Source of the DNA: Eledone cirrhosa
Lineage: Eukaryota
Assembly: GCA_964016885.1 (NCBI GenBank)
Contig: CAXHJY010000928.1
Span: 434,001 to 498,000, forward strand
Direction: 5' to 3'
DNA: 64,000 nt
In this document: positions 1 through 15,343 of the stretch, piece after piece
Layout of the letters: each line of letters opens with the position of its first letter
Numbering within the stretch: position 1 is the first letter of the stretch
Made by a program: the position numbers and the translations under genes
Notes under the pieces: generated by a model
Seen by the model: only the letters and a program-made list of their open reading frames with translations
Database searches by the model: none
Told to the model about the DNA's origin: nothing

Positions 1-446
1 GTTAAAAATGCCACAATTACGGAAAAATCGATTTATTTCAACAATCAATTATTTCTCCTCTCTCATATGATATACGTTTCCTATATCTACTCCCTTCATC
101 ACCTCCCCTTAAAATTGCTACCGTCTCTTATAAGTGTTTGTGAAAAAGAGAAACATTGAAAAAAAACATATACACACATATATGTGGGTGCATACACACA
201 CATATATGTTGGTATGGTTACGATTGACGTAATAGAAACAGGAACGCGGGAATTTCAATCAATCAGCGCATACACAGTTTGTTTTAGAAATAACAATAGC
301 ATATCATTATCTATAATATTATGATAAAGAGGGAGAGAGAAACAAACAGACACACTAAAAGACGGATATATGTGTGTGTGTTTGTATTAGCGCGTTCAAA
401 CTCCATTTCGAAGCTGACTTTTATTTACTAAACTGTAAGTTTTTCA

Positions 447-671
447 ATCGGCCTTACACTTTCAAACTATATTTTTCTGTATAAGTAACTTTAACCCTTT
501 ATTTTCGACATAAAAATACACACATACATACAAATACCTGTAAAGTTTTTTTTGGGGCCTTTCTCATCAATCTTTTTACATTCAATTATCAGCCTTATAC
601 TTTCAATGTCAATTTTTATGTCGAAGTAACTTTCAACCTTTAATACATACATACATACATACATACATACA

Positions 672-703
<32 letters not shown>

Positions 704-1150
704 CACACATATACACACATACATACATATACACACATACATACAAATACCTGTCACTTAATTTACACACACATCGGCCTTACACTTTCATACACACATA
801 CATACAAATACGTGTCACTTAATTTACACACACATCGGCCTTACACTTTCAAACTAAATTTTTCTGTATAAGTAACTTTAACTCTTTCTTTTCGACATAA
901 AAATACACACATACATACAAAGACCTGTACATTTTTTGGGGGGGCCTTTCTTATCAATCTTTTTACATTCAATTATCAGCCTTATACTTTCAAAGTCAAT
1001 TTTTATGTTGAAGTAACTTTCACCCTTTATTTTTCGATACCTATTAACTTACTAACATTTGTATCGCAACAACAATAACAATATTCATAAACAGACAGTA
1101 GACTTTCAAAGTCATTTTTTCTGTAGAAGTAACTTTCACCCTTTCTTTTG
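447..1150. repeat. Imperfect ~390-bp direct duplication with internal sub-repeats and a (TACA)n tract, probably the 5' non-coding part of the adjacent Helitron
   Basis: atcggccttacactttcaaact...gtataagtaactttaac occurs at ~447 and ~835; the sub-motif actttcaa(t/a)gtca...gaagtaactttca recurs at ~600, ~985 and ~1100; (TACA)n at ~643-745. Confidence 0.7.
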
Positions 1151-1158
1151 GACATAAA

Positions 1159-1911
1159 ATGCCACCTAAACAGAGAAGTCGCCTCAGTCGACATACCGCG
1201 TCAGCAGTGGCGCAAAAGGCTACTATAGCAAACGAGTCCTCTGAGGAAAATGCTTCAAGACTTTCACAGACAGCCTTACGTTCATCAGAATGTCGAGCCG
1301 CTGAAAGTTTCCAACAGCGTACCACACGCCTAGCCAAAATGGCTTCATACCAGGCTTCTTCCAGGGCTTCAGAGAGCCGTGAACAAAGGTCGAAGCACCT
1401 GGCTAGAAACGATGCGACTAATGTTGCTTCCAGGTCTTTGGAACGTTTAAAATAACGGACGGCTTGCCTTCCTACGAACGCTGCGGCTATGACTACTTCC
1501 ATGGCTTCTGAAGATGCAGACGGGCGGTCCATTAGCATTGCAAATGTTGCTTCTGCTATTGGTGCCAGACCTTCCCACCAACCACACGACTAATGTTCTA
1601 CGTTCAAGCGTAACAGTCGTCGGCGAGAAGATGCACGCGGTGTGACGAGCCCCAACAGCCCTTACTGGCACCTACGGGCTTTCAAGTATGAGCAAAACGT
1701 TAATTACTCGATGCGCTCTGACATAAATATAGGCGAGATGCGCTTCAATTGCCAATTCTGCAATGCTACAAAGTGGGCTGGGGAGCCACCTGCAATGTGC
1801 TGCTTAAACGGTAAGGTCACCTTGCCCCCTCTTACCGAACCGCCAGAGCCTTTGAAGGAACTACTGACTGGTTATACTTCAAGGTCAAAAAAAAAAAAAT
1901 CAGAGTTTTGA
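1159..1911 (+). pseudogene. Helitron Rep/helicase 5' fragment (Arg/Ser/Glu-rich N-terminus plus Cys-cluster zinc finger), disrupted and 3'-truncated
   Basis: ORF 1159-1455 MPPKQRSRLSR... is followed by ORF 1642-1911 AFKYEQNVNY...IGEMRFNCQFCNATKWAGEPPAMCCLNGKVTLPPLTEPPEPLKELL, matching the CxxC...CCxxGKVxLP motif of animal Helitron RepHel N-termini; ends at an A-run. Confidence 0.75.
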
Positions 1912-2377
1912 ACTCATTATTAATAGTATCACTGCTCCTTATGTAGAGCTAACTTTAGCCCCATATAAACGGCTGTTATTTCTGGCAGCTAGACACTGGA
2001 TAACCATGTGTGAAAAACCATGTGCGTTAAACAGTCTTTTTAAATATTTTGAAGTGAAACATACCAATTTTTCTGGTGCTTGCTGAGGAGATCAAAATGT
2101 GGTATTTTTTCAATTTTTCATTTTTTGAAACTTATTTGGATTTTAAGGTTTAAACCTGTCTACGGAACAGGTTTGATTTTGAAATTTAAATTTGACCAAG
2201 CACCACGGCCATTTGCCAATATGCTTTGTTTTTATTGATTTATTATTTTAAATCGAGACAGGCAAACTGTATTATTATAATTAGTATTTTTCAATCTAGC
2301 TAACTTAGTCTTTTACAATACAAACACGGATATGTTGGTATTTGTGTTTATCAAATATATTAATTTATATTAACTTG

Positions 2378-2385
2378 TATATATG

Positions 2386-2418
<33 letters not shown>

Positions 2419-2485
2419 GTATGTATGTATATATATGTATATATATATATATGTATATATATGTATATATATGTATATATATATG

Positions 2486-2518
<33 letters not shown>

Positions 2519-2533
2519 GTATATATATATATG

Positions 2534-2614
<81 letters not shown>

Positions 2615-2753
2615 GTATATATATATGTATATATATATGTATATATATATATATATCTATATATATGTGTATATATATGTATATATATGTATATATATGT
2701 ATATATATATATATATGTATATATATATACATATATATGTATATATATATATG

Positions 2754-2803
<50 letters not shown>

Positions 2804-2820
2804 GATATGTATATATATAG

Positions 2821-2874
<54 letters not shown>

Positions 2875-2930
2875 GTATATATATGTATATATATATAGAT
2901 ATGTATATATATATATATATGTATATATAT
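2378..2930. repeat. (TA)n/(TATG) compound microsatellite
   Basis: Direct reading; source of the spurious Y/I/M/C ORFs. Confidence 0.97.
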
Positions 2931-3302
2931 CGTTTCTGAATTTGTTTAGCAAGATTCTTTATCTGAAATTGTGTGTTGAAACCGATATTGTTATACTTTG
3001 GGAGGGTCATGTTGCTAATAAGAAACACACAGAAACAAAATGGCGTAGGACAGAAGAAAGGAAAGGCACAGAAACAAAGAAAGGAATCCCCAGTCACTGA
3101 AGAGGTCACAGAGTGTGTGACGAAAGGACTATGACTATATATAAACAACTATCTGGTTGTGGAACCAACCAACCAACCAGAAATTTATAAGTTTGTAGAT
3201 TTGTAAATTTATAAATTTATAAATATATAATAAATTGAAGTGAAAGCAACTGGTGCGTGTGTTTCTTATTGGCAACATGACCCTCCCAAAGTATAGCAAT
3301 AT
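2931..3302 (+). mobile_element. Non-autonomous Penelope-like / retrozyme-like element with hammerhead motif, copy 1
   Basis: About 46-bp inverted repeat (2985-3030 vs 3257-3302) encloses a hammerhead core; homologous to 6740-7210; flanked by (TA)n on both sides. Confidence 0.65.
3092..3136 (+). ncRNA. Minimal type I hammerhead ribozyme motif
   Basis: agtca CTGAAGA g gtcaca gagtg tgtgac GAAA ggac TA tgact: stem I agtca/tgact, CUGANGA core, stem II gtcaca/tgtgac, GAAA, vestigial stem III, UH site. Confidence 0.75.
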
Positions 3303-6660
<3,358 letters not shown>

Positions 6661-6667
6661 ATATATG

Positions 6668-6737
<70 letters not shown>

Positions 6738-6739
6738 TT

Positions 6740-6790
6740 TCGTTTCTGAATTTGTTTAAATTTGTTTAAAAATAGAAAAATAGAAATATG

Positions 6791-6839
<49 letters not shown>

Positions 6840-7210
6840 TTCGTTTCTGAATTTGTTTAAATTTGTTTAAAAATAGAAAAATGAACACAAACACACACAG
6901 ACACCCGGATGTGGCGCATGCGCAAACTGAGCACGCAACCCACACACAAACAAAATGGCGTAGGATAGAAGAAAGGAAAGGCACAGAAACGAAGAAAGAA
7001 ATCCCCAGTCACTGAAGAGGTCACAGAGTGTGTGACGAAAGAACTATGACTATATATATATAAACAACTATCTGGTTGTGGAACCAACCAACCAACCAGA
7101 AATTTATAAATTTGTAAATTTATAAATATATATTAAATTAAATTGAAGTGAAAGCAACTGGTGCGTGTGTTTCTTATTGGCAACATGACCCTCCCAAAGT
7201 ATAACAATAT
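6740..7210 (+). mobile_element. Non-autonomous Penelope-like / retrozyme-like element with hammerhead motif, copy 2
   Basis: 6950-7210 is closely similar to 3035-3302; the 5' motif cgtttctgaatttgtttaaatttgtttaaaaatagaaaaat is duplicated at ~6741 and ~6842. Confidence 0.65.
7007..7051 (+). ncRNA. Minimal type I hammerhead ribozyme motif
   Basis: agtca CTGAAGA g gtcaca gagtg tgtgac GAAA gaac TA tgact; differs from copy 1 only in the stem III loop. Confidence 0.75.
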
Positions 7211-7329
7211 ATATATATATATGTATATATATGTATATATATATATATGTATATATATGTATATATATATATGTATATATATGTATATATATGTATATAT
7301 ATATATGTATATATATATATGTATATATG

Positions 7330-7382
<53 letters not shown>

Positions 7383-7461
7383 GTATATGTCTATATATAT
7401 GTATATGTATATATATATGTATGTATATGTATATGTATATATATATATGTATATATGTATA

Positions 7462-7502
<41 letters not shown>

Positions 7503-7808
7503 GTATATGTATATATATATGTATATGTATATATATATGTATGTTTATGTATATGTATATATATGTATATATGTATATATGTATATATATATGTATGTAT
7601 ATGTATATATATATATGTATATATGTATATATATATATATGTATATATATATACGTATTTATGTATATGTATATATATATATGTATATATGTATATATAT
7701 ATGTATGTATATGTATATATATATATGTATATATGTATATATATATATATGTATATATATATACGTATATATGTATATATATATATATGTGTATATATAT
7801 ATGTATAT
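7211..7808. repeat. (TA)n/(TATG) compound microsatellite
   Basis: Direct reading. Confidence 0.97.
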
Positions 7809-7841
7809 TGGAAAATGTGTGTAATCCTTGGTACAGTTAGG

Positions 7842-7950
7842 TATATTAAGACAGGGGGGAAGAAAAAATGGCTTCACTTGTGCTTTCAACAAATTTATTT
7901 TCTTGAAAGCACAAGTGAAGCCATTTTTTCTTCCCCCCTGTCTTAATATA
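7842..7950. repeat. Perfect hairpin with 48-bp arms and a 13-nt loop
   Basis: tatattaagacaggggggaagaaaaaatggcttcacttgtgctttcaa (7842-7889) is the exact reverse complement of 7903-7950. Confidence 0.92.
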
Positions 7951-7977
7951 TATGTATATATATATATATGTATACAT

Positions 7978-9643
7978 ATCATCATCATCATCATCGTTTA
8001 ACGTCCATGTTCCACGCTTGCATGGGTTTGGACGGGAGTTTTCCCACTTGAAGCAAGAGTGGTTGTCTTGCTCGCATAGGACTGTCTGGCGGGTTTTCTA
8101 CAGTTGGATGCCCTTCCTAACACCAACCACATTTACAGTGTGGGCCTGGGAGGTTTTTACCGTGTTGCCTACATGGCCTTATTACAGCGTGGACTGTCTG
8201 GCGGGTTTTCTACAGCTGGATGCCCTTCCTAACACCAACCACATTTACAGTGTGGGACTGGGAGGTTTTTACCGTGTTGCTTACACGGCCACATTACAGC
8301 GTGGACTGTGTTTTTTTTTTTTTTTGTCGTGACACCTACACGATCTCATTTGTTTCAGCCTGGATGTTGTGGCACCAACATAACTTTACATTCAAAGGGG
8401 TGGTGTGGATAGGGTGGGGGTGGTGGGACGGGGGTGTGTTTTGTTAGAGATGCCTACTGACTGTAGTAGGTTTTACTTTGTATTTCAGGTAAGGCGGGTC
8501 TTCTCTATTACTGAGTACCGCCAAAGATCTCGGTTCAGTGACATTGTCTTGGAGAGTGTGTGAGGTTGGAATTTATCAAGTCGTCCCAGGTTTTTCTGGG
8601 TCTGCCTACTCCGTGGCTACCGTCTATTTTTATTGCCCTGTACTTTTTTATACAGCTGTCGTCTTTCATGCGCATCACGTGACCATACCAACGTAGCCTT
8701 CTCTCGAGTAAACAACATCTGATCCCTCTTATTTCTAATTTTTCCCTTAGTTCGTTTATGCGTTGCCGTTCACGTATATTACTATTACACATCCAGCGGA
8801 GCATGCAAGCTTCGTTCCTCTCTAGTCTGCGTATATCCTCTGCACACAATGCCCATGTCTCACTGCCATGCAACATTGCTGTTCGCATGCAGGCATCATA
8901 CAGCCTGCCTTTCATTTTTAGGGAGAACCCTTTAGCGGCTAATAGTGGTATAAGCTCTCTGAACTTTTTCCATCCAGTTTTGACTCTAGCTACTGTACTT
9001 TCAGAGCACCTTCCCCCACAGCTGATTTTGTCACCCAGGTAACGGAAGCTGTCCACTATTTCTATGGAACCCTCTGCGCAATTGAAAGAGCTAGTATTTA
9101 GTGGGCACTTGCTGCTACTTATTGCACCAGAGCACTGGCCACATGTAAAATCTATGTTCTTAGTTAGCTTACCTGTGATCCCACTACATCTTTTATGCAC
9201 CCATACTTTGCATTTGGGACATAAAATGGAGTTTCTACCGACTCCTTTCCTACACACTGAGCATGGCCATTTTCCTTCCTACAAACTAGAACTTTAGTCT
9301 TAGACAGGTTAATTTTAAGGCCTTTTGATTCTAGGCTGTGCTTCAATGTTTGGAATTTCTTCTCTAGCTCGGCCATTGATTCAGCTACGAGCGTTAGATC
9401 ATCTGCATATAGGAGTTCCCATGGGCAGCCGGTCTTGAACTCCACTGTTATAGCCTGTAGGGCAATAATAAATAGTAGGGGGCTAAGAACAGAGCCCTGA
9501 TGAACACCAACTTTTACGCTAAACTCTTCACTATATTCGTTGTTAATTCTAACCTTGCTGACTGTTTCTTTATACATGGCTTGTATAGCTCTCACAAGCC
9601 ATTCATCAACACCTAGTTTTCTAAGAGCCCACCAGATAATGGA
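7978..9643 (-). mobile_element. RTE LINE subfamily B, 3' half, frameshifted
   Basis: ORFs 9164-9595 ([18 protein letters not shown]) and 8535-9257 (PHD-like finger, RLRWYGHV) closely resemble the 20971-24517 copy; small deletion near 9280; (ATC)n tail at 7978. Confidence 0.92.
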
Positions 9644-10114
9644 TTTGTAGTTACAACATTGGATAGGGTTGCAGTTCCCTCTTTTGTTGTTGTTGTTGTA
9701 TATGTTGTAATCATGTCTTTGTGAGGAGACTGGAGCAGCATTACTGCAGCAGGGGGTGGCATTATTGTGGTTTGTGGGTTGGCATGAAGCCCCTTTTCTG
9801 TTCGTGTGTTGTGTCCCAGGAAGATGAGTGAAGGGACAGTCAGTCAGCAGACATAGCCTCTCAAGTTGGGAATGTTGGCAGGTTTTGGGACTGCGACCTA
9901 TACGTGCAGGCAGCGTGCTTTGGTGATGGCTGGCAGTGTTAGTGCGCCTAGTACCCGGTAAATGGGTAAATATACAGTCGCTACGTAGCCTCTGACATAG
10001 TGAGTAGCGGCATATTTATATGTATACATATATATACATATACATATATATACATATACATACATATACATATATATACATATACATATATACATATATA
10101 TATATATATACATA

Positions 10115-10456
10115 TCATTTCATTTCATTTCATTTTTACGTCCGCTTTTCCCTGCTTGCAAGGGTGGGACGGGAAATGATTCTGGCTTGATTTCTACAGC
10201 TGGATGCCCTTCCTAACACCAACCTCATTTACAGTGAGTGCTGGGTGCTTTTTTGCCATGGCACCTCCACGACCACTTTACAGTGGAATGATAGGGACCC
10301 CAGTCCCTATCATCTCATTTCTACAGCTGAGTAAACTGGAGCAATGTGAAATAAAGTGTCTTGCTCAAGGAAACAACACATCACCCGGTCTGAGAATTGA
10401 ACTCACAACCTTTCGATTGCAAGGCCAATGCTCTAACCACTAAGCCATGTGCCTCC
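10115..10456 (-). mobile_element. tRNA-derived SINE with RTE-type 3' tail
   Basis: Reverse complement reads ggaggcacatggcttagtggttagagcattggcc (A box)...gagttcaattc (B box)...tccttgagcaagacacttta...ggtgttaggaagggcatccagctgtagaaa. Confidence 0.9.
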
Positions 10457-10546
10457 ACATATACATATATATATATCATATATATACATATATATATACA
10501 TATATATACATATATGCCCATATATACATATATATACATATATATA

Positions 10547-11833
10547 CCGGATGCCCATGGGAACTCCTGTATGCTGATGACCTCGCACTCATAGCTGAAT
10601 CTATGGTAGAACTAGAGAATAAATTCCAAACCTGGAAGCAGGGACTAGAGAGAAAGGGCCTCAAAGTCAACATGACAAAGACTAAGGTCCTTATAAGTAG
10701 ACGAGAAAACAGAACCCAGATCCCCTCAGGGAAATGGCCTTGCTCAGTATGTAGGAAAGGTGTAGGTAGGAACTCCATTCTTTGCCCCAAATGCAAACAA
10801 TGGGTACACAAGAGATGTAGCGGGATCTCAGGAAGCTTAATTAAGAATGTAGGATTCACATGCAGCAGCTGTGCTGAAACAGCAAGCAAACAGCCACAGG
10901 AAACAAGTACCACCAATCTCTGGGAGGGCCCTGTAGAAACAGTAGACAGCTTCTGCTACCTAGGTGACCGAATTAGCAACGGAGGTGGGTGCTCAGAAAG
11001 TACAATAACTAGGGTAAGAACGGGATGGAAGAAGTTTAGGGAACTACTACCACTGCTAGCTGCAAAAGGCTTCTCCCTCAGAATGAAAGGCAGACTGTAT
11101 GATGCGTGTATCCGAACAGCGATGTTGCATGGTAGTGAGACCTGGGCGCTGAAGGTGGAAGACTTACGTAGATTAGAGAGAAACGAAGCCTGCATGCTCC
11201 GATGGATGTGTAACAGTAATATACGTGAACGACAAAGCATAAATGAATTGAGAGAGAGACTGAGCATAAGAGGAATCAAATGCTGCGTGCAGGAGAGGCG
11301 GTTACGCTGGTATGGACATGTGATGCGTATGAAGGATGACAGCTGCATAAAAAGGTGCAGAGCACTAGAAGTTGATGGAAACCGCGGAGTGGGGAGACCC
11401 AAGATGACTTGGGATGAGGTGATAAGAGCCGACCTTACCCAACTACACCTCTCAAAGTCAATGACACACGACCGTGACTTCTGGCGTCACGCAGTAATAC
11501 AGGGTACCCGACCTCCCATGGGTACATGCTGAAGCATATAAACAATATGCCCCCCCCCCACCGCAAGGTGGTCGTGGAGGTGCCACGGCAAAAAAGCACC
11601 CAGCCCACACTGTAAAGTGGACGTGTAGGCGCCACGAAAAAGCACCCAGCACTCACTGTAAATGAGGTTGGTGTTAGGAAGGGCATCCAGCTGTAGAAAT
11701 CAAGCCAGATCAGTTCCTGTATGAGCAAGGCATGGTCAGCCGACCAGACACTGCCCACAACAGGACAACCCGTCTAACCCATGCTAGCGTGGAAGAACGG
11801 ACGTAAAACGGTGATGATGATGATGATGATGAT
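10547..11833 (+). mobile_element. RTE LINE subfamily A, 5'-truncated just before YADD, near-identical to 5376-6660
   Basis: Translation matches copy 1 from [12 protein letters not shown] to the stop except for one K/R change; same 3'UTR and (GAT)n tail. Confidence 0.94.
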
Positions 11834-11888
11834 ATATATATAGATACATACATATACATGTATATATATATATATATATAAAAATATA

Positions 11889-12596
11889 ATGTGTAATAGT
11901 AATATACGTGAACGGCAAAGCATAAACGAACTAAGGAAAAAAAAAATTAGAAATAAGAGGGATCAGATGTTGTTTACTCGAGAGAAGACTACGTTGGTAT
12001 GGTCACGTGATGCGCATGAAAGTCGATAGCTGTATAACAAAGTGCAGGGCAATAAAGATAGACGGTAGCCACGGAATAGGCAGACCTAGAAAATCCTGGG
12101 ACGAGCTGATAAACTCCGACCTCACACACTTACACCTCTCCAAGACAATGTCACTGGACCGAGACCTTTGGCGGTACTCAGTAATAGAGAAGACCCGCCT
12201 TACCTAAATACATAGTAAAACCTACTACAGCCAGTAGGCATCTCTAACAAAATACACCCCCGTCCCACCACCCACACCCCCATCCACACCACCCCCTCCT
12301 ATGTAAAGTTATGTTGGTGCCACAACATCCAGGCCGAAATAAATGAGATCGTGTAGGTGTCACGACAAAAAAACACACAGTCCACGCTGTAATTTGGCCG
12401 TGTAGGCAACACGGTAAAAACCTCCCAGACCCACACTGTAAATGTGGTTGGTGTTAGGAAGGGCATCCAACTGTAGAAAACCTGCCAGACAGTCCTATGC
12501 GAGCAAGACAATCACTCTTGCCTCAAGTGGGAATACCCCCGTCCAAACCCATGCAAGCGTGGAACACGGACATTAAACGTTGATGATGATGATGAT

Positions 12597-12598
<2 letters not shown>
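11889..12598 (+). mobile_element. RTE LINE subfamily B 3' fragment
   Basis: Encodes ...KCRAIKIDGSHGIGRPRKSW...IEKTRLT*; single-copy 3'UTR module; (GAT)n tail. Confidence 0.9.
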
Positions 12599-12627
<29 letters not shown>

Positions 12628-12663
12628 GCATATACATATACATACATATACATATATATACAT

Positions 12664-12704
<41 letters not shown>

Positions 12705-12718
12705 CATACATATACATA

Positions 12719-13056
12719 CATCATCATCATCATCATCACCGTTTTACGTCCGCTTTTCCCTGCTTGCAAGGGTGGGACGGGAACTGATTCTGGCTTGATT
12801 TCTACAGCTGGATGCCCTTCCTAACACCAACCTCATTTACAGTGAGTGCTAGGTTTTTTTTGCCGTGGCACCTCCACGACCACTTTGCAGTGGAATGATA
12901 GGGACTAGGGTCCCTATCATTCCACTGCTGAGTAAACTGGAGCAACGTGAAATAAAGTGTCTTGCTCAAGGAAACAACACATCACTTGGTCTGAGAATTG
13001 AACTCACAACCTTTCGATTGCAAGGTTAATGCTCTAACCACTAAGCCATGTGCCTC

Positions 13057-13057
<1 letters not shown>
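12719..13057 (-). mobile_element. tRNA-derived SINE with RTE-type tail
   Basis: Same family as 10115-10456. Confidence 0.9.
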
Positions 13058-13117
<60 letters not shown>

Positions 13118-13170
13118 GTATATGTATGTATGTATATGTATATATATATGTATATGTATGTATGTTTATG

Positions 13171-13201
<31 letters not shown>

Positions 13202-13218
13202 ATATGTATATATATGTA

Positions 13219-13772
13219 TGGTCGGGTCGTTGGCGACTAAACTGGCAACCCCACCAAGGTTTCTTGGTGAGGAGGGTGACTTTGGACATCCTGCAGGACT
13301 AAAAACAAAACCTGTCAAAGGGCAAAGGAGCTCTTAAGAGTCAATGGCCATCCAAATTCACCGGGAGAGATGACCCCTTAGCCTTTGTCAAGGCAGAATT
13401 CTAGGAGAAGGAAAACTCTGATATAACACCTGCAACCTTGATGGTATCCAATGATGTTGACTTGTTCTTCTTTTTGGTAAATATCATCTTGGTTAAGAGA
13501 GTGGGACTGGCTTTGTGCAGTGCCTTTGCTCACTATAAAAGCTTCACGGCACAGGCATTGCTTTATATCTGGAGATCTCTCTGCACTTGTCCTCACATGG
13601 TACCATGGGCCCAGCACTATGTGTCAGTAATTGTCACAGGTGTAGTGTTTGTACCAGAGTTTTCAAGTCGCTGGCTGGACTAAAAAGTCACACTCATGCA
13701 GCGCTTCGGTAGGGGTTCTCCTACATGGATATAAAGTAGTGGCCGTACTCGAAAACGAGTTGGCAGCCACCA
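13219..13772. mobile_element. Unclassified ~550-bp interspersed element, copy 1
   Basis: tggtcgggtcgttggcgactaaactggcaacc...gagttggcagccacca; same boundaries as 14687-15236; embedded in (TA)n. Confidence 0.75.
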
Positions 13773-14029
13773 TATATATGTATATATGTATATATGTATG
13801 TATGTATATATATATATATATGTATGTATATGTATGTATATATATGTATATGTATGTATATATATATATGTATATGTATGTATCTATATGTATATATATG
13901 TATATGTATGTATCTATATGTATATATATGTATATATATATGTATATATGTGATATGTATATATATGTATATGTATATATATGTATATATGTATGTATAT
14001 GTGTATATGTATATATATGTATGTATATG

Positions 14030-14062
<33 letters not shown>

Positions 14063-14070
14063 GTATATAT

Positions 14071-14220
14071 GTGGTTGGTATTAGGAAGGGCATCCAGCCA
14101 TAGAAAACCAGTCACACAGTCCTATGCGAGCAAGACAACCAATCTTGCTTCAAGTGGGACAATTCCCGTCTAAACCCATGCTAGCGTGGGAGATAGACGT
14201 TAAATGGTGATGATGATGAT
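14071..14220 (+). mobile_element. RTE 3'UTR terminal fragment (left arm of a tail-to-tail palindrome)
   Basis: gtggttggtattaggaagggcatcc...aaacccatgctagcgtggg...(GAT)n. Confidence 0.85.
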
Positions 14221-14228
14221 GAGATACA

Positions 14229-14635
14229 TATCATCATCACCATTTAACGTCTATCTCCCACGCTAGCATGGGTTTAGACGGGAATTGTCCCACTTGAAGC
14301 AAGATTGGTTGTCTTGCTCGCATAGGACTGTGTGACTGGTTTTCTATGGCTGGATGCCCTTCCTAACACCAACCACGTTTACAGTGTAGACTGGGAGGTT
14401 TTTACCATCTTACCTACACGGCCACATTACAGCGTGGACTGTGTGTTTTTTGTTGTGACACCTACACGACCTCATTTATTTTGGTGTGGATGTTGTTTGA
14501 CCAACATAACTTTACAGAGAAGGGGGGGGGGGGTAGTGGGATGGGGGGTATTTTTGGTTAGGAGGTGCCTACTGACTAGGTTTCGGTTTGTTCTTAGGCA
14601 AGGCGGGTCTTCTGTATTACTGCGTAGCACCAGTA
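14229..14635 (-). mobile_element. RTE 3' fragment (ORF end plus 3'UTR)
   Basis: Reverse complement ends ...gtaatacagaagacccgccttgcctaa followed by the 3'UTR; 14229-14376 is nearly the exact reverse complement of 14071-14218. Confidence 0.85.
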
Positions 14636-14686
14636 TATATATGTATATACATATATGTATGTATGTATGTGTGTATATATGTCTCA

Positions 14687-15233
14687 TGGTCGGGTCGTTG
14701 CGACTAAACTGGCAACCCCACCAAGGTTTCTTGGTGAGGAGGGTGACTTTGGACATCCTGCTGGACTAAAAACAAAAGCAGTCAAAGGGCAAAGGAGCTC
14801 TTAAGAGTCAATGGCCATCCAAAATCACCGGGAGAGATGACCCTTTGCATTTGCCAAGGCAGAATTCTAGGAGAAGGAAAACTCTGATATAACACCTGCA
14901 ACCCTGATGGTATCCAATGATGTTGACTTGTTCTTCTTTTTGGTAAATATCATCTTGGTTAAGAGAGTGGGACTGGCTTTGTGCAGTGCCTTTGCTCACT
15001 ATAAAAGCTTCACGGCACAGGCATGGCTTTATATCTGGAGATCTCTCTGCACTCGTCGTCACATGGTACCATGGGCCCGGCACTGTGTCAATAATTGTCA
15101 CAAGTGAAGTGTTTGTACCAGAGTTTTCAAGTCGCTGGCTGAACTAAAAAGCCACACCCGTTCAGCGCATCGGTAGGGGTTCTCCTACATGGATATAAAG
15201 TAGTGGCCGTACTCGAAAACGAGTTGGCAGCCA

Positions 15234-15236
<3 letters not shown>
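14687..15236. mobile_element. Unclassified ~550-bp interspersed element, copy 2
   Basis: Direct repeat of 13219-13772 with scattered substitutions and identical ends. Confidence 0.75.
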
Positions 15237-15319
<83 letters not shown>

Positions 15320-15343
15320 GTATATATGTATATATATATATAT

